Source: Raillietiella orientalis (Eukaryota). From it: a stretch of 64,000 nt of DNA. Made by a program: the position numbers and the translations under genes. The stretch covers positions 124,001-188,000 of the forward strand of contig JAYWIR010000050.1 in the NCBI GenBank assembly GCA_036172245.1, given 5' to 3'. The notes under the pieces are model-generated. The model saw only the letters and a list, made by a program, of their open reading frames with translations. It was not told the origin of the DNA and made no database searches. Below are positions 52,223-63,579 of the stretch, piece after piece (the stretch's first letter is position 1; the number at the start of each line of letters is the position of its first letter).

Positions 52223-52677
52223 ATTTTCCGGTGCGTTTCCAGGGAACGGGGGCCTTGGAAACGACAAGAGGGAAAGGAGAAAGACGAGGAGGAATTGGAA
52301 GAAAAAGAGTAGGAGGAGTGAAAGGAAGAAGGCGAATGCCCGGCAGACTTCGCCTCGCAGATGATTTTCCTGGGCACTGCCTCCTCTTCCCGGCGCCTCA
52401 CAGGCGCAGGTGCGTGTCAGGACTCCACTCTTCATTCCGGTCTTTCCACCGGCGGAGCAGCGCGATCTCTTTGACTGTCGTTTCCCAGAACAGCTGCCCG
52501 CGCCCATTCAAGTCCACCAAAAGTCGGCGCCAAGACGGGGGCTCTCGAGCGGGGGCGGACCGCTCTTGCAGCCTTTCCGCACTGGCAACCGACCCCTCCT
52601 CATGGTGTGGAGCGCCCGAAGGAGCCGCGGCGGATTTGGCGCGAGGGCGTTCCTAAATAAACTTTCCTTTCGAGGAT

Positions 52678-53616
52678 CATCAAAATGTGGCGATGTCGCG
52701 GCAAGGGTCAGTCTGCTGGAGGTAGTCGCCGATGAGCTGATTCCAAGCAGCAGGGTGCGGTCGGTGGAAGAAACACCGCTCACGGAAGATGGATGGGATG
52801 GAAAGAGGGGAAATAGCGGAACCACAGTTGCTGCTCCTGCGTTGCCCGGCCCCCGTTGCGGGCAGGAGCGACGCCTCCTTGACACTGGGCCGGCCCAGTG
52901 TCAAGGAGGCGTCGAAAATACGCAAGCGGAAGCGCAAAGTGCCTGTGGGATCTAAGGGCCTTGCGTTCCTGCTTCTTGCGTCTCGTGGAACGGCCGGAAA
53001 GTGTTCCCCGCCCGATGGAACAAAAGCGGAAGCGGGGAAACGAGAGGCACCCAGGGAACGGAAAGATGAGGAGGATGGGGGTGGAAGATTGATCGATCGC
53101 TTTGATCGATCCCCGGCACGCACTCCGAAGCTCCTTTTGCTGTTGCCTTCCCGGAGCAAGGAGCCTATGCGTGCACTTTTGGTTTATTTCTCGCAGGCAA
53201 TTCGCCTGCTAGAAGCGTTCCGCTTGCCGGACGCTCCATCCTTTCTGCACCCGCCGCGGTGGATGACGCGCTCACCAAAAGGTGCACTCGCCTAGGATGC
53301 GTGAGGCCGTCACGTGTGTTCGCACGCGGCGGCGTACTCTTCTGCACACGAAGAGGCGCGTTGAGGCACCCACTTATCCGTGAGTGCGTTCCAGCGCCGT
53401 GTGTTGCTGCTGAGGGTGCGGCAACACGCAAGCGGCGGTCGCCTTCCCGCGGACTGCAACGTCCTGTCGTCGTCTAAGAGAGAATGCCATCGGGGATGCT
53501 GCCCACTGCCTGTTGCCCTTTCACCACGGCTACCAGCGATCCTTTTCTTTCCTTACACTCCATTTCGCTCGCCACGCGCCACTCGGCTTCGGCTGCGGAC
53601 TTGGCGCGTTGCCGAC
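52678..53616 (-). repeat. Inverted copy of 8133-9086
   Basis: Direct reverse-complement match with several small indels. Confidence 0.95.
52869..52914. repeat. Perfect 46-bp spacerless palindrome
   Basis: CGACGCCTCCTTGACACTGGGCC|GGCCCAGTGTCAAGGAGGCGTCG. Confidence 0.97.
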
Positions 53617-54009
53617 CCGCGTGTCGCCGATCCGACCGCTTTCCTCTTCCTTCTCGCTTGTCGATCCGACGCTTGAAGGTTTCTCTGCGCGAAATACGCG
53701 CCCTTACGTCACCAAGTGGGAACGCCGCTGCAGTCTTCAGTGAGGGGGATCAAACCCGAGCAAGTTGGCATCTATCCGTGGGCCGTTGGCTACCGATGCG
53801 CCTTTCTGATGGAGGCTGGCAGGCTTGCAAGTTGATCCTCTGGTATCCTTCCAGGCCATGAAGGAGTCTTCCGAGGTTTCCTTCCGGCGGTGAGAATAGA
53901 ACTGTTCTTTTTCCCTACCCCCAAAAAACTCACCATCCGGGCTCGCAGGAACGATTATTATAGGAACAAACATACAAAGCGTACGGCCATCGGCCATGAA
54001 TTGTCCGAA

Positions 54010-54600
54010 AATGCTCGCAACCTGCCGAGTAACCGGCACGCAGACTGGCGAAGATCGACTGGGCGGCGTAGGGGAAAGAGCAAGCGGAAATGGAAAAACA
54101 TACAAGTCAGTAATAGAGAAAAATCTCTAGTGGGCACCGGAAGGGGTCACGGTTTGCTGGGGCCAACGTGTACATCCTTTCGAGGATGCCGGTAAGTTTC
54201 ATCCGTGTATGGTAGTCAGATGGGGCCATCTGGCTGCCGTCTCAGGAAGCGCAGGGCGAAGCAGATGGCGTCCCTGTCATCCTCTTGCATAGCTCCAGGC
54301 CGCGGCAATCCCACGTAGGCTGCAAAGAACTGCTGGGCATCAGCAGGCTCAAGACCATCGCGCACGAAGAGGTCTTTGGGTATGTCTGTGGCATCGTTCA
54401 CTGGTGCACATAGGGCGGTTGCAAATGGAAACCACAGGGGTCAGAGGACAACACAGTCAACAAGCAGGCGCAGGGGGTATTCTTGTACCTCGCACGCACT
54501 AGACGCATTTCTGGTCCACAGCCCTGCTGGTCCGGTGGAACCGGCGGGCGCTGCATTGGAGGCCCCATTGAAGCACGAGACTCATGCCACTTACAGGAGG
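54010..54600 (-). mobile_element. Family A 3'-end relic with 3' motif
   Basis: EYPLRLLVDCVVL*PLW, DLFVRDGLEPA and RDAICFALRFLR. Confidence 0.78.
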
Positions 54601-55454
54601 GGGGGCAGGAGTGGGCTCTGTGGTTGGATCAGTGGTCCAACCAGGCGTAATTTAACGGAAGCCTGCCGAGTAACAGGAAGGCAGACTGATGATGACCCGC
54701 ACGACTCACGTGTCCGTTTTCGGCGTCGATCCTTCTCCCGGGGGGAATCGGAAACCGCCACGCTGGACATCACGCGCGGAAACCGCGGCCACGCGGACTC
54801 CGACCTGGACGACGTCCGCGAGTGCCGGAGAGTGTCTCTTCGGTCTCACGCACGCGCGTGGGGCGCTCAAGCGGATTTGTGCGACTGAAAGAGTCCGATT
54901 CTTCTCAACGCCCTCAAACCGCATCGGTTCTTCTGGTCCGTCCGCACCTGCGATCCGGATCGGAACGGGGTTTTTAAATCGACCACCCTCGTGTACTATC
55001 TGCTCGCGCGATGGTTTCCCGATTCATCCGGGCTGGCAACGAGCAGAGTGACTCGCAGCCAGGCAACTTGTAGAGCGTAACCGCAGACCGTCTTTTAACG
55101 GGATGGAGAGCGTCGTGGCTGATCGGCGGGCACGAGAGGGTCAGTGTCGATGCCGCCACCTCTCTTCAACGATGAGTAGGTGAAGACATCGGAAAAGGAA
55201 GCGATGAAATAGGAGGGAAGGAAGAAGAAGAGGAGCCTCGCCCCTCGAGTCCCTCTGGGTCCTCTTCGGCACTTCGAAGCAGACCAAAACGAGTCGGCAG
55301 ACCACCAACCCGCGTCGGCGATGGCGCGCCGGCTGCGACACGCAGTCTGCATCGGTGCGATGGATTCGAACCCGCATACTCCGGGGACGTTAGTTATAAA
55401 TGAAATAAACATTCAGGAAGAATGTGGTTAAGCCAATGGTGCGATCACGTTGTT

Positions 55455-56050
55455 TTCGGCTGCAATCTGCCGCGTTACCGGTTCGCAGACCACTGCAGTT
55501 TACCACAGCAGCAGAGGGGAGGGGTCAAACACAAAGGGAAAAAAAGAAACAAAAAATAAAATAAAATTAATAAATTTAAGGGCGGAGAGGGTGGGATGGG
55601 ATGGACCGTATCCAGAAGAACATTGTCTTCTGGACACGGTCCACATGATCCTTTGTAGGATATTGGCATGGTCTTGCTGGATACGGCTTTTTAGTTGGGG
55701 TCATCTCGTTGCCATCCTCATGAAGCGGACGGCGAGGTGGATGTGGCACCACTGTCGCTGGGTCCTCCTCTTGCGTGGCTCTAGGCAGCGACCAATAACG
55801 AGGCTGCTGGAAGAAAAAACATTGCGTCCGGGAGGTGAGTATCAAAGTATCCCTGGATTTGCCGCCGGGGGTTTCTTGGGTCGTGGCGAAGTGCTTCCGG
55901 TCGGAAGATACACTCCACTAGCAGTTGGGAGGAGGTTCCACGCTCCTCTTGTGTGCGATGGAGGCGCGTCGGCGTTTGCGCATGTGGCCGTCCAAGTGTT
56001 ATCCTATCTAGAGGTCCACTGGGCTGGCGCAACGCCGCAGCGTCTGCGTC
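55455..56050 (-). mobile_element. Family A 3'-end relic with T-rich tract and 3' motif
   Basis: LVAA*SHARGGPSD...IHLAVRFMRMATR, then a T-rich tract and the motif at 55464-55493. Confidence 0.62.
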
Positions 56051-56379
56051 AGAGGGATTCATTTGCTCCTTCTCATGTCCCTTTTTCCCCAAGACCGACT
56101 CGCGGTGGGGTTAGTTATTGAAACAAAAAGAACCATTCATGCTACAGTGAAGCAAACAACACAGTACCCAATCACTGATGCGGCCCACGCGGGTACACAA
56201 CTGGATCATCCTGGCAGCGCTGTTCGCAGTTCTGAGACAAGCTAGGAAATTTGTAGATGGGACTCTACCGCACGCCCGGATGTTTATTTTCTTTTTAGGA
56301 GTTTAAGCCAACCGCCCAGGGCACTACCCACTTATCCATGAGAAAATGTCGTCTTTCGGAATGGGATCTGGAGAAACAA

Positions 56380-57460
56380 AAAGAAAAATAAAGCAAAAAT
56401 AAAGCAGAGTGTGAAAAGAACATTCTGGAGGACCGGGAAGAGATCACTATCCGATTCAAGGAGTGTCCACCGTTTGCAGGCTACCGTCGAGGTCCATATG
56501 CTTTCTTCTTAGGTGGAGCCATCTGGTCGCAATCTGCAGGAAGCGAACTGCGAATTCGATGGCGTCCCTTTCGCTGCTTCCTCTGTTGGCTTCGCTCCAC
56601 GCAGCCGCAATCACTCGAATGTAGCATAATGCTACCAAGGCTGAGGCTGGTTGCAGAGCGTTCGGCACAAAGAGGAGCTGTAGAATGTCTCCGGAGATGG
56701 CTGCAAACCGAGATCCAGAGGGAGGTCAAAAAACGTTCCAAAGGGGTCGGAGGGCAGCGCAGTTTAGGTGGGGGAGGGATTCCCTTTCACCGCATCCGAC
56801 ACACTTCGGGTTCAGCCTCCCAGCGTCCAGAGTTGACGGCGCGCGTTGCAGAGAAAACCTCAGTGCAACAGAAGCAGCGCTGACATTTGCCACATCAGGG
56901 TGAGGATGCTTGAGTCTTTCAGCACTGCCAGCAACTCCAGGTCATCGTTTGGGATGCCGAGCAGCTCGCACCATCGCTTCAGTCCTCGTGGAAGGACGCT
57001 CGGGGTCGTGGCGTCCGTTAGCTTTCCTATGGTCTATCCGCTCATCTTCTTCTCCCTGCCTGCGATCCGTCCACGATGTACGGCTGCTGAAAAGAGCCCT
57101 TCTTAGAAAGGACAGTGCCGTAGCTAGGAAGGTCGTGTCTGCACATGTGCTCCTGGCGGGACACTTTAGTATCTTCCGCAGTTAGCAGCGGCAGTAGTTG
57201 GAGAAACACAGACAATTTCAGCTGTCACTTTAGGATTTATTCAACTTCACTCACGTATCTGTTGTTTCCTCTAGCCACGCGCGAGAATTCGTGGGACTGC
57301 ATACAATCCAGATGTTCTCCTCCGCCAGTGTGGCTACGCGTCCGAGGAGGAGGTCGCATCTTCTAAGCTTCCACCGGCGGCATAGAAGATGAGACTCAAG
57401 TCCTTCCGTCCGGATACACAGTGGGCGAGCAAGCGGGCCGGAATGCACCAAGCAGGGCCA
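56380..57460 (-). mobile_element. Family A ORF2 C-terminal relic
   Basis: RRCDLLLGRVATLAEENIWIVCSPTNSRAWLEET and ALQPASALVALCYIRVIAAAWSEANRGSSERDAI. Confidence 0.88.
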
Positions 57461-58149
57461 TCTCTTCCTGCGGCGAGGAAGCAGGTGTCGCGACCCCACA
57501 CTTTGCGTGCGGACGCAGCGCCCGGTGCGGTCTAAAGGAACACCGCTAAGGCGGACACAACCTCTACAGCAGCGCCCTTTCCAGCCACAGGGGCAACGCC
57601 GCTCACGAGGATGCAGTGCCTCTCTCGAGAGCAACAGGAATCGCGTACGCCTGAACGGAGGCAGCGTACCTACAGACAGTCAAGGAAACAATTCGGAACC
57701 CCACGAAGGCAGCCCCATCTCCGAGGGTCGAAATAAACTGCGATGCACAGGAAGACTGCTGGACGGAGGTGGAGGAGGAAGAAGAAGACTCAACCTTTCA
57801 ACTCCTCACAGCTTCTTAGCGTTCAGATAGGTGGTCGCAAAATAAGGCTGAGGCACTTGCCTCCTAAGCTGTCGTCCTCTCGCCATTGGATTGGGAAACT
57901 CCTGCCGTGGCTGGGGGAAAGACGATTTCAGCAGTAAGCGCAAATACGCCGGCGGTATATGTGTCCCAGCAATCCGGAAAACAGACAAATCGCCTGTGCT
58001 TCGCCCGACTGTCGGATTTCCATTCGAAGTCAGACACCCCGAGAGCACGGCGCGACACCCGCGCAGAAACGCGTACGTGCCTCTCCAAGACGCGTGGTTG
58101 TCGAGGCGAAACTGTTGCCAGGAAGCAAAGAGGAGGGGATGGACCGCGC

Positions 58150-58970
58150 CTGTGAGCTACCGGCAACAAGCTGCGCGGCGACTGACAGCGGTCACCAATC
58201 TCAGACATCTGGCGCTCTGTCTCGTGACCGCTCGGCGGAGGAGATGAGAAAACACAGGAGAATTGTTAATCCGTCCACCTGCACTCACGCGGGCATCGCA
58301 CAACGATTTTCCACCGTCACCCGCACTTGTTTGAGCTCACTTTGGTGTCTTTTAAACCCTCAGCAGTGGTTTAACAGCCTCCACAACGCGTGGGCAGTGG
58401 CGAATTTTGCGAGGACAGCAACGACTTGACGGTCCTGCAGGCCCTTTTTTACTCCACTTACCCTTACCACGAACGACTGGTGCGCTGTGGAAGGGAGTAT
58501 ATTCTGACCATGAATGAGCAGCAGTTGTGCAGCAAACGTGAGGAGAGCGTCTTTCCTGGACACTTTCCAGTAGCCGCAACCACTCATGGACATGATGTAC
58601 TCCAGCTGGCTTCCCTTCTGCATTCCAATTCGCTCGAGTTCCTTACCAAACTCCCACCCAACCCGCTCAGGCATGAGAACACACACCTTATACCTGAGTG
58701 CAGGCGTGTAGCCATTTGCCACGTACGACTGTGTCTCAGGGCTGTGGGGCGAAGATCTATTCGCAGCCGCAGGGATGGCGACCTGGTCACATGTCCTCGC
58801 CGTCGGCGAGGAAAGTAGCTCCTTGCTGGCGGACGACCTCGCCATCTCCGGTGGGGAAAATGTTCCCCTATCCTTTTTTGAGTCATTCCTTGCAAGCTTC
58901 TACCGCACAGGCACTGGCACAGCGAAATGACAGAAAACTAAGCCGCGCACGGAGCGATGCAAAAGCAGTT
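58150..58970 (-). pseudogene. Decayed LINE 5' UTR plus ORF1 (ATG 58845)
   Basis: SYVANGYTPALRYKV...ILPSTAHQSFVVRVSGV...VLAKFATAHALW aligns with 60152..61399. Confidence 0.85.
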
Positions 58971-58979
58971 CGCGCGCTA

Positions 58980-60150
58980 CGAGCTAATGCGAGTGACGGG
59001 CAATGTCCCGGAGAAGTTTCTCTCAGCAAGAATGAGTCTCCAGCCGAAAGGTGGGGACATACGCCAGCTAAACAACTGGCCTCCGATCACCTTGGTGAAT
59101 TCGCACGTCAAGTTGTTCTCGAAATTATGGGTCGCGCGGCTAGGGAGAATCCCCGAGTCCTTGGTAAGTCCGGAACAGACCTACGCTGTTCCTGGGCGGT
59201 CCATGGACGCGAATCTCTTCTTCGCGCGAACATGGTTCGAGTTGCAGCAGCCCGTGGTGCAGCAGAGCCAGACAGCCGAAATCGCCGATGCCAAAGGTGA
59301 GCGGCGGTGTTCAAGGCACGATGGAACGCCGGGAGCCTTAGCGGTCGCCGTCGATCTCTGCAAAGCGTTCGACAGCGTAAACCAGCACCTCCTTCTGGAG
59401 CTTCTGCGACGCTTGGGCCTCCCGACGCACCTCATCGCCTACTTGCGCTCCTGCTGGCGCCACGCGTTATGCTGTATTTCTTTCAGCGGGCGCCACGTGT
59501 ACGGCGTTCCCATACGGCTAGGTATCAGGCAGGGAAACAGCTTAAGCTCCTTGCTCATCAGCATCTTCTTTGAGTTGGTGCTGAGGGCGTACAGGCTGAC
59601 GCTGGCCAACCTGCCGAGTTCCTGTCCGGGAACACCGGCCGTGGCCGCCTATGCTGACGACCTTCTCCTGTTGCTGCCAATGTCCACCCAGGCGTCCAGG
59701 CTCGAGTACTTCTTCGAGCTCATTTCCGGGGAAGTTGCGTCCCCGAACTGTGCCAAATGCGGAGCGGTGGAATCGCTTCCGCATCTGCTATTTGAATGAG
59801 GTGCCCTCCAGGAGCTGTTGCGGCGGCTGTCTTCAGCGCTCCTGCACCCTGGACACACCGCACTGGATTGGATGCGCCGCTTGTATACGCGTGGCGGTCT
59901 TTCTCTTGGAGCGGTCGTCGCAATCATCTGCTGCGTCCCCGTCACTGTCAGGGCCCGCCACGTATTGCAGATGCGAGCAGTCCCAACATCGGTCCCCGAC
60001 ACCGCAGCCTGCAACCTGCAAATGGCTGCCGGGTGGTCACACCTGGGAGCAGAAGTGAGGACGGAGATCGGCGGCATTCACCGCCGGCTCTGAGAATAGG
60101 AACGGTGAGACTGCATACCCCTGTCCCCGCCCTCCCACCCAATTTATTTA
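58980..60150 (+). mobile_element. Family A element: RT core with an internal deletion fusing it to the zinc-finger region
   Basis: ORF 58957..59799 has PKGGD...NWPPITLVN, PEQTYAVPGRS, VDLCKAFDSV, IRQGNSLS and YADD, then directly PNCAKCGAVESLPHLLFE. Confidence 0.93.
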
Positions 60151-60151
60151 T

Positions 60152-61399
60152 TTATTGTCCCACCCCCTCCCGTTCCGAACTCTCAGTGTGCCCGGCCTGC
60201 GTTCCGGGAAATCTACTCCCCATTTTCTGTTCCCCTTGCCTGGGAACACAGTTCCCAGGTGATATTATAAATAAACGTCCCTGCGCAACCGGGTAATAAA
60301 CGATAACGCTGCATTCCTTAATCTGCTCGCTTGCCTGCTGTTTTTTCTGGCGGTACGCGAGCTTTTTCTCTGATGTTCTCTCTTTTTTTGTCTTTTTGGC
60401 CGTTGCCACCTGCCACCCAGGCTCCTGGCTAGTTCCCTCGACTTGTTCGGCGTTGTTTGCCGGGGTCTCGGGTGCGGCCTGGGCCTTGGGCGTGGGTGGC
60501 ACAGCCTTCGCAGCAGCTTTCGCCGTTAGCATTTTCTGCAAAAGGCCGGCGCGTTTTTTAAAGTTTCTCTTGGAAACCACCCGCACTGCTGCTTTTGGGC
60601 ACACCTCCCTCGTGTGACCCATTGTGCCGCATACTTGGCACTGCACGTTGGGACATCTCTTTTTGAGGTGGCCCGACGTATTGCAGAAGCCGCAGTATTT
60701 CGGCTTCCCCACATACCAGAGGTCGACGGTTTCGCCTTCGACCACCAGTTTGTGGGGAAGGGTGCAGCCCTCCCGAACGGTCACGCGTGCAGCCGTGAGG
60801 CCGTGTTGCATCCCCGTGTAGTCTTCAAAAGGACTAACCTTCGACCACTGCGCGTGGACCTTTCCATATTCTTCCAACGCGGCGCGAACCTGTTCTTTGC
60901 GCATCCGCGCGGTGACGCCTAATAGGTGGACCACCATGCTGCGGTCCGCCGTAATAGGGAGGAGCCTGCGCGTCCCCATCACCACGGGGGTTTTAAGCAG
61001 TCGTTGGACCAGCTCTGCTTGTTTGCAGATGACCTCAACGTACTGACCCCCACTGCGGATGGTCATAGCGCTGAGCTCCTCCTCTTTCACATCGAGAGCG
61101 CTCATGCCCTTCGAGAAGGCGCGCGCGCTCTCTAAAGTATAGAGATTGCCTACTTTGTAGAACAATGAGGGGTTATACCCTCCCTCCACATAGGCGTACA
61201 ATTCCGCCGCGGCTGCAGGCGATGGCGCCGACACGACGGCGCTACACGCCCGCGCTGCAGCGGGGACGTATTCTGTGGGGGCGGATGCCCCCACCTCCAT
61301 CGCCACTGGGGGCGACGTTGCCACCGCCCCCTGGCCATCCCTGGTGGTCGCGTCAGGCATCGCTGCCTGATCGACCACCGAACCACACGACGCTAGCAC
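60152..61399 (-). CDS. LINE ORF1p-like nucleic-acid-binding protein with two CCHC zinc knuckles; probably 3'-truncated near 60300 (first ATG at 61360)
   Basis: CGFCNTSGHLKKRC and CQVCGTMGHTREVC (CX2CX4HX4C), preceded by an RRM-like segment and followed by a Lys/Ala-rich region. This is the layout of Tx1/L1-type ORF1. Confidence 0.9.
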   Translation of the reverse strand: MLASCGSVVDQAAMPDATTRDGQGAVATSPPVAMEVGASAPTEYVPAAARACSAVVSAPSPAAAAELYAYVEGGYNPSLFYKVGNLYTLESARAFSKGMSALDVKEEELSAMTIRSGGQYVEVICKQAELVQRLLKTPVVMGTRRLLPITADRSMVVHLLGVTARMRKEQVRAALEEYGKVHAQWSKVSPFEDYTGMQHGLTAARVTVREGCTLPHKLVVEGETVDLWYVGKPKYCGFCNTSGHLKKRCPNVQCQVCGTMGHTREVCPKAAVRVVSKRNFKKRAGLLQKMLTAKAAAKAVPPTPKAQAAPETPANNAEQVEGTSQEPGWQVATAKKTKKERTSEKKLAYRQKKQQASEQIKECSVIVYYPVAQGRLFIISPGNCVPRQGEQKMGSRFPGTQAGHTESSEREGVGQ

Positions 61400-61409
61400 T
61401 AGGGGAGAC

Positions 61410-63470
61410 TTCCTGGCACGAGGAGCACCGAGAAAACACGTCCGCCCTCGAGCGCATAAAGCGTTCGACTGCGTAAACCAGGACCTCCTTCTAAAGCTTC
61501 TGGAACGCTTGGGCTTCCCGGCCTCATTAGTGGCCTATCTGCGCTCCAGCTGACGCGACGCGCTAATTAATCTTTCTTTCAGCGGGCAAACCGTGCACGG
61601 CGTGCCGATGCGGCGTGGGATACGGCAGGGAGACAGTCTGAGCCCCTTGCTCTTCAGTACTTACTTTGAGTTGGTACTGAGAGCGTACAGGGGAACTCTG
61701 GCGCACCTGCCGCGTGACTGCGCAGGCACGCCTGCGGTTTCAGCGTACGCGGACGACCTTCGGCTTCTGCTCCCTATGTCCACCCCGGCTGCGGCGGTCG
61801 AGGAGTTCTTCGACCTGCTGCATCGGGGAACCGGACTTACGGTGAACAGAGCGAAATCGTCCGTGATGCCAGTTGGTGCGGCGTGGGCAGGGCAGCAGGA
61901 CTGGGTCCGTTTGGGGATCCCCACGGTGAGGTACTTCAAGTACCTTGGTGTGCCGTTGGGGGACTACTCCCCTGCGGAAGCGTGGTCCGGCTGCCTCCAA
62001 AAAGTAGAGACGGCGATCGGCTCGTTCCGAGGCGGCAGGTTTTTCCTGCCTGAACGGGCCGCGGTTTGGAACACGTTCGCGGCTCCTCTCCTCCGCCCCC
62101 TGCTTTTTGTTTGCCCCCCCACAGAGAGAATTAAAAAGCGGACAAAGGATCTCCTCCGTATCGCCCTTTGGGGCAACGGGAGGGCCCGAGTCCGCTTAAA
62201 GGACTTGTGCGCTCCTCGTCGGGATGGTGGTCTGGGCCTCCTGACGCTGGAGCGGCTGGAGCATCAGCTCCAGTTCCGCTTGTCGGCACTCGTTCCAGAG
62301 TTGTGGTGCACCTGTTGGTGCGTCCCTGCACGTCTCCTTCCCCAGCAAGCCACCGGCAAGACGGGACTGACGTCGTTTCTTGCACTCCGTCGCCGCGTCA
62401 ACCGATGCGGACTCCAGCTACGGAGGGTGGCTGCGCTGTATCGGAAAATCCCAGGATTGCTCACCTGACGCCCGTTTAACGGTAGTGCCTGGTTGCAGGA
62501 AACCGTTCGCACGTGGGGACAGTTCGGCATGCAACGCTACCAACAGGAACGACGGTTCCTGTTTGGGGGTTACAGAAGCTGCACGCTCCTAGAGATCCTG
62601 GAGGATCCGAAGAAGAGAGCATGGTCAGGAAGAACCCCTGTCGCTGCTGCACTGGCCTCCCTAGTAAAAGATCAGGACAGCGATGTTTCGGCGGAGTGGG
62701 AGGTTAACATGATAATCTCCGGAAAGGAGAAGAAGCAGGGAGAGTGGAAGACGGGCCAGTTAAGAGACGCTGCGACCCCGAGTACGCCTCCCAATGGACT
62801 TCTGCTCTGGGGCGCGCTGCTCGATGTTCCCATTGAACATTTGAAGTGGCCCCCTGTGCTCATGAACACTTCCACCCTCTCCTTAAAATGGCAAGAGTCG
62901 GCATTCCTGTTGCAGCACTGGGGACTCCCCTGCAACGCCCGCCGACACCACTGGACCTGGGGAGCGGTCGATCCGAACTCTGTTAGGTGTGGGGAACGGG
63001 AGTCCCTCCCCCACCTCCTAGTGGATTGTGTTGCCTTTCGGCACCTTTGGCTCCGCTCTGCCGCGGCCATGGGCATCCCCTGCGGTAACCCCAGGAACGC
63101 ATTAAAAGCCCTCTTCGTTGCCGAAGCACTTCGGCCAGCGGCCTCGATAGCGGCCTTGTGCTGCCTTCGCGGGATCGTCGCCGCATGGAACACGGCTACG
63201 GGAGGATCACGCGATAAGGGTGCCATCCTGCATGACCCAATATTTTTGAGGAGGGCGTAGGGGTGGCCCCACCTGGATGCAGGATTTCAGAAAGAGCTTG
63301 CCGGCATTCTGCGAAGGATGCAACGGTCCCAGTAGCAACAGTGATCCCTTCCCTTACCCTCCTACCTTTTCTTTTTTTTTTATTTAATTTTTTTGTTTTT
63401 GCCCCTTCCCCCTGCTGCCGTGGTGGACCGTACCTGTCTGCGAACCGGTGACCTAGCAGGTTCTGTGTTT
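61410..63470 (+). mobile_element. Family A element, 5'-truncated at the KAFD motif; ORF2 interrupted by TGA at ~61551 and 62466
   Basis: KAFDCVNQ, GIRQGDSLSPLLF, YADD and KYLGVPL. ORFs 61593..62468 and 62493..63260 are in the same frame. T-rich tract and 3' motif follow. Confidence 0.94.
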
Positions 63471-63579
63471 TTTCATGCGTGGTGGCTGAACTGGTCCAGC
63501 CACAGCACGTCTTTGTTAAAGTTTATTTTTTTTAATTAAGGAGCCTGCAAAATCCGGTTGAAAATGGAACCCGTTTTGT

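Noticed and set aside
55355..55385. tRNA gene suggested by GGGTTCGAATCC on the minus strand
   Set aside because: No T-stem, acceptor stem or D-arm can be formed.
59790..62470. TGA recoding (stops at Trp/Cys positions at 59797, ~61551 and 62466)
   Set aside because: Each is one substitution from TGG or TGY, open ORFs use TGG for Trp, and the relics also carry frameshifts. Ordinary decay explains it.
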